Origin: an uncultured delta proteobacterium
GTDB lineage: Bacteria > Desulfobacterota > Binatia > JACPRU01
DNA: 64,000 bases
Assembly: GCA_963745025.1 (NCBI GenBank)
Contig: CAVUWD010000011.1
Location: forward strand, 256,001-320,000
Direction of reading: 5' to 3'
Position numbers and translations under genes: made by a program
In this document: piece by piece, positions 59,281 through 64,000 of the stretch
Layout of the letters: every line of letters starts with the position of its first letter
How positions within the stretch are numbered: the stretch's first letter is position 1
Notes under the pieces: model-generated
Told to the model about the DNA's origin: nothing
Database searches by the model: none
Seen by the model: the letters and a program-made list of their open reading frames with translations, nothing else

Positions 59281-60039
59281 TCAGTACTCGGTCAGGATCT
59301 TGCCGTACGGGAGAAGGGCATTGAACCAGCCATATCGGCAGGAGACGATCTCCTTGACCGAGAGGCGGTGCCAGGGGTCGACCTCAGTCGGCGAATTGTA
59401 CGCGAGCGAGCCGGGTCCGCTCCAGACTTCCGTGAGGCCGTCGGTCGCGACGACCGGAGTGACTCGGAAGTCGCACGAGACGAGCTGCGCGATGGCGGGC
59501 CCCTCGCTCTCCTCGGCATTCGGGATCACCTTGAGCGACAGGATCTTCGGAAACTGGAACTGGTCCGCGGGCACGTTTCTGATGGTTCTCATCACCGCCG
59601 TCGCGAGACGGTTGCCCCGCGGCCGCTCGATGATGCCCATGTACTCCTCGTGCTCCTTCACGAGGTCGACGTGTGCGAGCTTCTTCGCGTATCCCCAGAT
59701 CTCCCGCCCGGCGATGAGCGGTGCTTCTTGAGTGACGAACAGGTTCGGCAAGAAGCTCATCAGCTCACCCTTCCACTTGCAGCCGATGCCGAGGATCGCC
59801 TCGTTGTAAGGGCCGAAGGTCGAGAAGTGGTATTTGGCGATGACCAGGCTCGCCGTCGCCGGCTCGGCGAGCTCCAACCCGTCCGGTAGCGCACGAAGCG
59901 CTTCCTCCTCGTCCGTGCGGTACTCGACGATGATCATCTCCATGTTCCGGTAGTAGAACGGCGGCGACTGCACCGCGGGGGCGGTCACCGGCATCGTGAA
60001 TCCGTACTGGCTCTTCCTGAGTCGCCCGTGCTTGGCCAT
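59281..60039 (-). CDS. adc: Acetoacetate decarboxylase family protein
   Basis: FGPYNE, GREIWGYAKK with the catalytic Lys. Confidence 0.9.
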   Translation of the reverse strand: MAKHGRLRKSQYGFTMPVTAPAVQSPPFYYRNMEMIIVEYRTDEEEALRALPDGLELAEPATASLVIAKYHFSTFGPYNEAILGIGCKWKGELMSFLPNLFVTQEAPLIAGREIWGYAKKLAHVDLVKEHEEYMGIIERPRGNRLATAVMRTIRNVPADQFQFPKILSLKVIPNAEESEGPAIAQLVSCDFRVTPVVATDGLTEVWSGPGSLAYNSPTEVDPWHRLSVKEIVSCRYGWFNALLPYGKILTEY

Positions 60040-60096
60040 GCTCTTCTCCTTCTCGCGCCGCTCGGCGCGCTCCTCCGACGGGGAAACGGGAATCGA

Positions 60097-62175
60097 TTAC
60101 TGGACGAACCTCTTGCCCTCCGCGACGAGGCGGTCGAGCATCGCGGCCGGCTTCCAGACATCACCCTCTCGGCGCTGCCACTCGAGCAGCCGGTCGCGGA
60201 TCGTGCGCAGGCCGATCTCGTCGGCCCAGAACATCGGGCCGCCGCGGTAGATCGGCCACCCGTATCCGTAGACCCAGATCACGTCGATGTCGCTGGCGCG
60301 AATCGCGATCTTCTCGTCGAGAATCTTGGCACCCTCGTTGACCATCGGGTAGAGGAGGCGCGCCAGGATCTCGTCGTCGGCGATCGGGCGCCGCACGATC
60401 CCGATCTCCTCCGCAACCTCGAGGATGATCCGCTCGACGTCGGGGTCGGGCGTGGCCGTGCGTTCGGCGCCGTACTTGTAGTAGCCAGCGCCGGTCTTCT
60501 GGCCGAAGCGTCCCATCTCGCAGAGCCGGTCGGCAACGGGCGACTTCCGCCCCTTGGCCTTGCGGATGCGCCAGCCGACGTCGAGCCCGGCGAGATCGCC
60601 CATCGCGAACGGGCCCATCGGGAAGCCGAACTCGTAGAGCACCTTGTCCACCTGGTGGGGCAGCGCGCCTTCGAGGACGAGCTTCTCGGCCTCGCGCCCG
60701 CGCTGATAGAGCATGCGGTTGCCGACGAACCCGTCGCAGACACCCACCAGCACCGGCACCTTGTGGATCCGTCGCCCGACGCTCATGGCGGTCGCGATCA
60801 CCGGCTTCGCGGTCTTTGCCCCGCGGACGACTTCGAGAAGCCTCATGACGTTGGCGGGGGAGAAGAAGTGCATGCCGATGACGCTTTCCGGGCGCGCGGT
60901 CGCCGAGGCGATCTCGTTGACGTCGAGCGTGGACGTGTTGGTGGCGAGGACGGCGCCGGCCTTGGCGATCGAGTCGATCTTCGCGAAGACCTCCTTCTTG
61001 ATCGGCATCTCCTCGAACACGGCCTCCACGACGATGTCGGCGTCAGCGATGACGCCGAAGTCGGTCGTGCCGTGGATGAGAGCCATGCGCGTCTCGACGT
61101 CCTGTGGAGCGAGGCGACCCTTACTCGCCGTCGCCTCGTAGTTCTTCCGCACCACCGTGAGGCCGCGGTCGAGAGCGTCCCGTGCGACCTCCACCACGGT
61201 CACGGGAATGCCGACGTTGGCGAAATTCATCGCGATGCCGCCGCCCATGGTCCCAGCGCCGATGACCGCCGCTTTGCGGATCTCCCGGGTCGGGGTGTCG
61301 CCAGGCACATCCGGTATCTTGGCCGCCTCGCGCTCGGCGAAGAAGAAGTACCGCTGCGCCTTCGACTCGGGCGAGCTCAGGAGCTCGACGAACAGCTCGC
61401 GCTCGCGCCCGAGGCCCTGGTCGAACGGCATGTTCACTGCCGCCTCGACCGCCTTGATGCAGTTCTCGGGTGCGCGGAATCCGCGTGTCTGTCGCGCGAT
61501 CGACTTCCTGAATCTCTCGAACACCTCGGGCTTGCCGCGGACGGCCTCGAGCTTCTCGCCGAGGTCTCGGATCTTCTTGAGTGGGCGCCGCTCGGCGAGG
61601 ATCTTGTCGGCGAAGGCCACTGCCGCCGTGCCGAGATCTCCTTCCACGATCTCGTCGATCAGGCCGTGTTCGCGCGCCTCACCCGCCCCGATCGGGTCGC
61701 CGCTCACGATCATCTGCAGCGCCTTCTCGACCCCGACGACGCGGGGCAGTCGCTGGGTGCCGCCCGCCCCGGGCAGGAGGCCGAGCTTCACCTCGGGCAG
61801 GCCGAAGCGCGCCGTCGCCACGCCGACCCGGTAGTGGCACGCGAGCGCGACCTCGAGGCCGCCGCCGAGCGCCGTGCCGTGGATCGCCGCCACGACGGGC
61901 TTCGGCGCGCCCTCGATCAGGTCGAGCACCTCGTGGAGGCCGGGCTCCTTCGGCACCTTGCCGAACTCCGTGATGTCCGCGCCCGCGATGAAGGTGCGAC
62001 CGGCGCAGACGATCACGATCGCACCAGCCCCCGGGTCGGCGGTTGCCTGCTTGACGCCGTCGCGCAGCCCTTCCCGAACGTGCTGGCTGAGCGCGTTGAC
62101 GGGTGGGTTATTGACCGTCAGGACCGCGACGCGGCCGCGACGCTGGAAATCCACGGACTGCGTGATGGCCGTCAC
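60097..62175 (-). CDS. Bifunctional enoyl-CoA hydratase/3-hydroxyacyl-CoA dehydrogenase (FadB/PimF-like)
   Basis: FIAGADI, GAGTMGGGIA, EAVFE, HFFSPAN, GFVGNR. Confidence 0.94.
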   Translation of the reverse strand: MTAITQSVDFQRRGRVAVLTVNNPPVNALSQHVREGLRDGVKQATADPGAGAIVIVCAGRTFIAGADITEFGKVPKEPGLHEVLDLIEGAPKPVVAAIHGTALGGGLEVALACHYRVGVATARFGLPEVKLGLLPGAGGTQRLPRVVGVEKALQMIVSGDPIGAGEAREHGLIDEIVEGDLGTAAVAFADKILAERRPLKKIRDLGEKLEAVRGKPEVFERFRKSIARQTRGFRAPENCIKAVEAAVNMPFDQGLGRERELFVELLSSPESKAQRYFFFAEREAAKIPDVPGDTPTREIRKAAVIGAGTMGGGIAMNFANVGIPVTVVEVARDALDRGLTVVRKNYEATASKGRLAPQDVETRMALIHGTTDFGVIADADIVVEAVFEEMPIKKEVFAKIDSIAKAGAVLATNTSTLDVNEIASATARPESVIGMHFFSPANVMRLLEVVRGAKTAKPVIATAMSVGRRIHKVPVLVGVCDGFVGNRMLYQRGREAEKLVLEGALPHQVDKVLYEFGFPMGPFAMGDLAGLDVGWRIRKAKGRKSPVADRLCEMGRFGQKTGAGYYKYGAERTATPDPDVERIILEVAEEIGIVRRPIADDEILARLLYPMVNEGAKILDEKIAIRASDIDVIWVYGYGWPIYRGGPMFWADEIGLRTIRDRLLEWQRREGDVWKPAAMLDRLVAEGKRFVQ

Positions 62176-62208
62176 GACGTTTCCACAAACGACATCGCGG
62201 TTGGCTCC

Positions 62209-62694
62209 CTAGAGCGGCTTCTTCAGCCAGTCGCGGTAGAAACCCTCGAGGTCGGGAAGGAAATCGAAGACCACCGGATAGCCGGGCGTCACGGCCTCGA
62301 CCTCGAGCTGGGTCTTGCAGCCAGGGCAATAGTACTCGCGGAGCTCCATCCACTGCGGGTCGCACTTCCGCGCGCCGGGGTAGATCTCGTCGAGCGTCTC
62401 CTCGCTGTCGCGCACGTAGACGAGCGCCTCGAGCTTCCAGTTCTCGGTGTACGGGCCGAACTCGTGGCCGCAGCCGCACTTGACGATGCGCTCCTGCCCC
62501 TTCTGCACGATGTAGAGGTGCTCGCCGATCGGCAAGAGGATCCGCTCCTTCCAGGGCACTCGCTCTTGCAGGATCTCTAGATAGATCTCGAAGCGCTCCT
62601 CGTCCTTGAAGTCGCTCATGATCGGCTTCGTCGTCTGCCACGGGAGCTTGCCGTCGATGAGATCGCGGATCACGTCCTTCGCGTAGCTCGGCAT
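62209..62694 (-). CDS. acxC: Acetone carboxylase gamma-subunit family
   Basis: KDEERF, KCGCGHEFG..ENWK, REYYCPGC, VFDFLPDL. Confidence 0.9.
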   Translation of the reverse strand: MPSYAKDVIRDLIDGKLPWQTTKPIMSDFKDEERFEIYLEILQERVPWKERILLPIGEHLYIVQKGQERIVKCGCGHEFGPYTENWKLEALVYVRDSEETLDEIYPGARKCDPQWMELREYYCPGCKTQLEVEAVTPGYPVVFDFLPDLEGFYRDWLKKPL

Positions 62695-62805
62695 GGAAGT
62701 CCTTCCCCTCTTAGCGCGACTGCGCCGCACCCGAAACGCGCGATCGCGACGATGCGTCGGTTCTCATTCTGTTCGCCGAAAAATGAGAATTCCTACCGTA
62801 GTCGC

Positions 62806-64000
62806 TCACACGTCGAAGACGAAATCGCCCGGCAGCTTCCAGAACTCGCGGTACTCGCGGCCCCAACGCTCGGAGAAGCCGAACACGTCGTTGTACATCT
62901 CCTTCACCTCGCGGCCGAGCTTCTGGCGGAGAAGCCTCTCCCGCTCCTTCGCCATCCATTGCTTCACGGGCACTGCGCGCCGCCCGCGTTCCTCGTGGCA
63001 CTCCGTGCGCGACTTCCGGGTCGCCTCCGCGTCGACTACGTGGCGCTTGGTCTCGGCATCGAACCGCGCCGCCACACGATAAACGTTCGCCGCGATTTCG
63101 ATCGACTGGATGCCGTTGTCGAGGTCTCGCCGCACGGCCTCGGGATCGCGCTCGATCGGGTCTCCGTAGCCACCGCCCGTGTTGTAGAAAAACTGGAAGA
63201 GATCGCCGGAGCGCAGCGGCTGCTCGAGAAAGACGCCGTCGACGATCTTGAACTCGCCGCGCACCCGCGTCGACATGTCCGGCCGGCGCGGGTCGCCCTC
63301 GACGTGAGGCAGCGGCTCCTTCCGCGCGATCCGCTCGCGCAGGTCGTTGTTCCTCGACACGTACTCGAACTTGGCCGTCGGTCCCGGATACCCGCCGCAC
63401 ATCCCCTGGTTGTCGAAGACCTTGTCGGAGTGGATGGTCGACACCACGTTGTAGAGCGGCGTCTTGTGGATCATCAGCAGCGAGCTGTAGGTCGCGCCCG
63501 CGCGGTACTTGCCGGCTCCCGGCGAGTCCCGCCAGATGCGCCGGCCCAGGTAGAGGATCGGCAGGGTCATCTCCCAAATCTCGACGTTCCCCATGTCCGA
63601 CTCGGGATTCCAGCCGACGTAGCCGCAGTCGATGCCGTCCATGATCCCGCGAGCGCCGCTGCCCTCGGCGGAGCACTCAAGGTTCTGGCCGCCGAAGCGA
63701 AGCCCGTACTGGTTGATGCCGCCGCCCTCGATGATCGGCGTGTTCACCTGTCCGAGGAACACCTCTTCACGGAAGCCCCGAGCCAGGAAAGACCGGCTGA
63801 TCATCCGCTGTAGCGAGCCGAAGCCCGGCATGAGCGAGCCCCACGCCGACGAGGTCGCCGTCATGTCGTCGCCCGGATTGCACCAGCTTCCGGGCGGGCA
63901 GATCATGCGCGTGGCAAACCAGCAGCCGTCGTTCACCTTGCCGTCGAAGTCGATGAACTGGGTCAGCGTGACGAAGAAGCCGCCGTCCATCGCCGCCGGC
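62806..64000 (-). CDS. acxB: Acetone carboxylase alpha-subunit (hydantoinase B) family, partial at the window edge
   Basis: WNPESDMGNVEIWE, GAGKYRAG, GGGYGDPIERD; adjacent to acxC. Confidence 0.88.
   Translation of the reverse strand, partial: PAAMDGGFFVTLTQFIDFDGKVNDGCWFATRMICPPGSWCNPGDDMTATSSAWGSLMPGFGSLQRMISRSFLARGFREEVFLGQVNTPIIEGGGINQYGLRFGGQNLECSAEGSGARGIMDGIDCGYVGWNPESDMGNVEIWEMTLPILYLGRRIWRDSPGAGKYRAGATYSSLLMIHKTPLYNVVSTIHSDKVFDNQGMCGGYPGPTAKFEYVSRNNDLRERIARKEPLPHVEGDPRRPDMSTRVRGEFKIVDGVFLEQPLRSGDLFQFFYNTGGGYGDPIERDPEAVRRDLDNGIQSIEIAANVYRVAARFDAETKRHVVDAEATRKSRTECHEERGRRAVPVKQWMAKERERLLRQKLGREVKEMYNDVFGFSERWGREYREFWKLPGDFVFDV

Noticed and set aside
60028-62580. Long antisense ORFs (850 aa here; also 39687..41498, 45843..47873, 18417..20099, 28796..30508)
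   Set aside because: Shadow frames opposite real genes, as expected in high-GC DNA; no recognisable motifs.
1-64000. tRNA, rRNA or a tRNA-linked att site
   Set aside because: None was recognised by eye; a tRNAscan-SE/Infernal run would be needed to exclude them formally.

Overview
High-GC bacterial window. Its gene content (several LLM/F420-type oxidoreductases, CoA-transferase III, crotonases, an acetone-carboxylase-like operon) resembles Ca. Binatia/Deltaproteobacteria-like soil bacteria, but this taxonomy is an inference. Layout: (i) 1-7.2 kb: an IS481 element joining two unrelated truncated genes, then a cluster of secreted proteins (DUF1254/DUF1214 plus two paralogues). (ii) About 7.16-15.55 kb: a single-orientation (minus-strand) mobile island with an ISCR/IS91-type remnant, a minimal tyrosine recombinase, a beta-sliding-clamp homologue, two RadC/JAB genes (one internally deleted) and about 10 small unknown genes. 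Five genes at the start of the island are each preceded by a related hairpin/T-tract/RBS module whose outer pairing is kept despite sequence divergence. This island is the best candidate for an undescribed system. (iii) 15.7-64 kb: mostly host metabolic and housekeeping genes (folE, thrB, nth, glpD, queE, rimO, DksA-like, GGT, acxB/acxC-like), a GAF/coiled-coil/double-receiver protein, heptamer palindromic repeats and many short gene relics, including a chimeric AhpD-like relic with in-frame TGA and a SECIS-like hairpin. Clustered frameshifts (4.7-6.5, 7.7-12.5, 27.2 and 48.4-49.7 kb) may be long-read consensus errors rather than true pseudogenes. All product calls come from motif recognition by eye; no searches were run.
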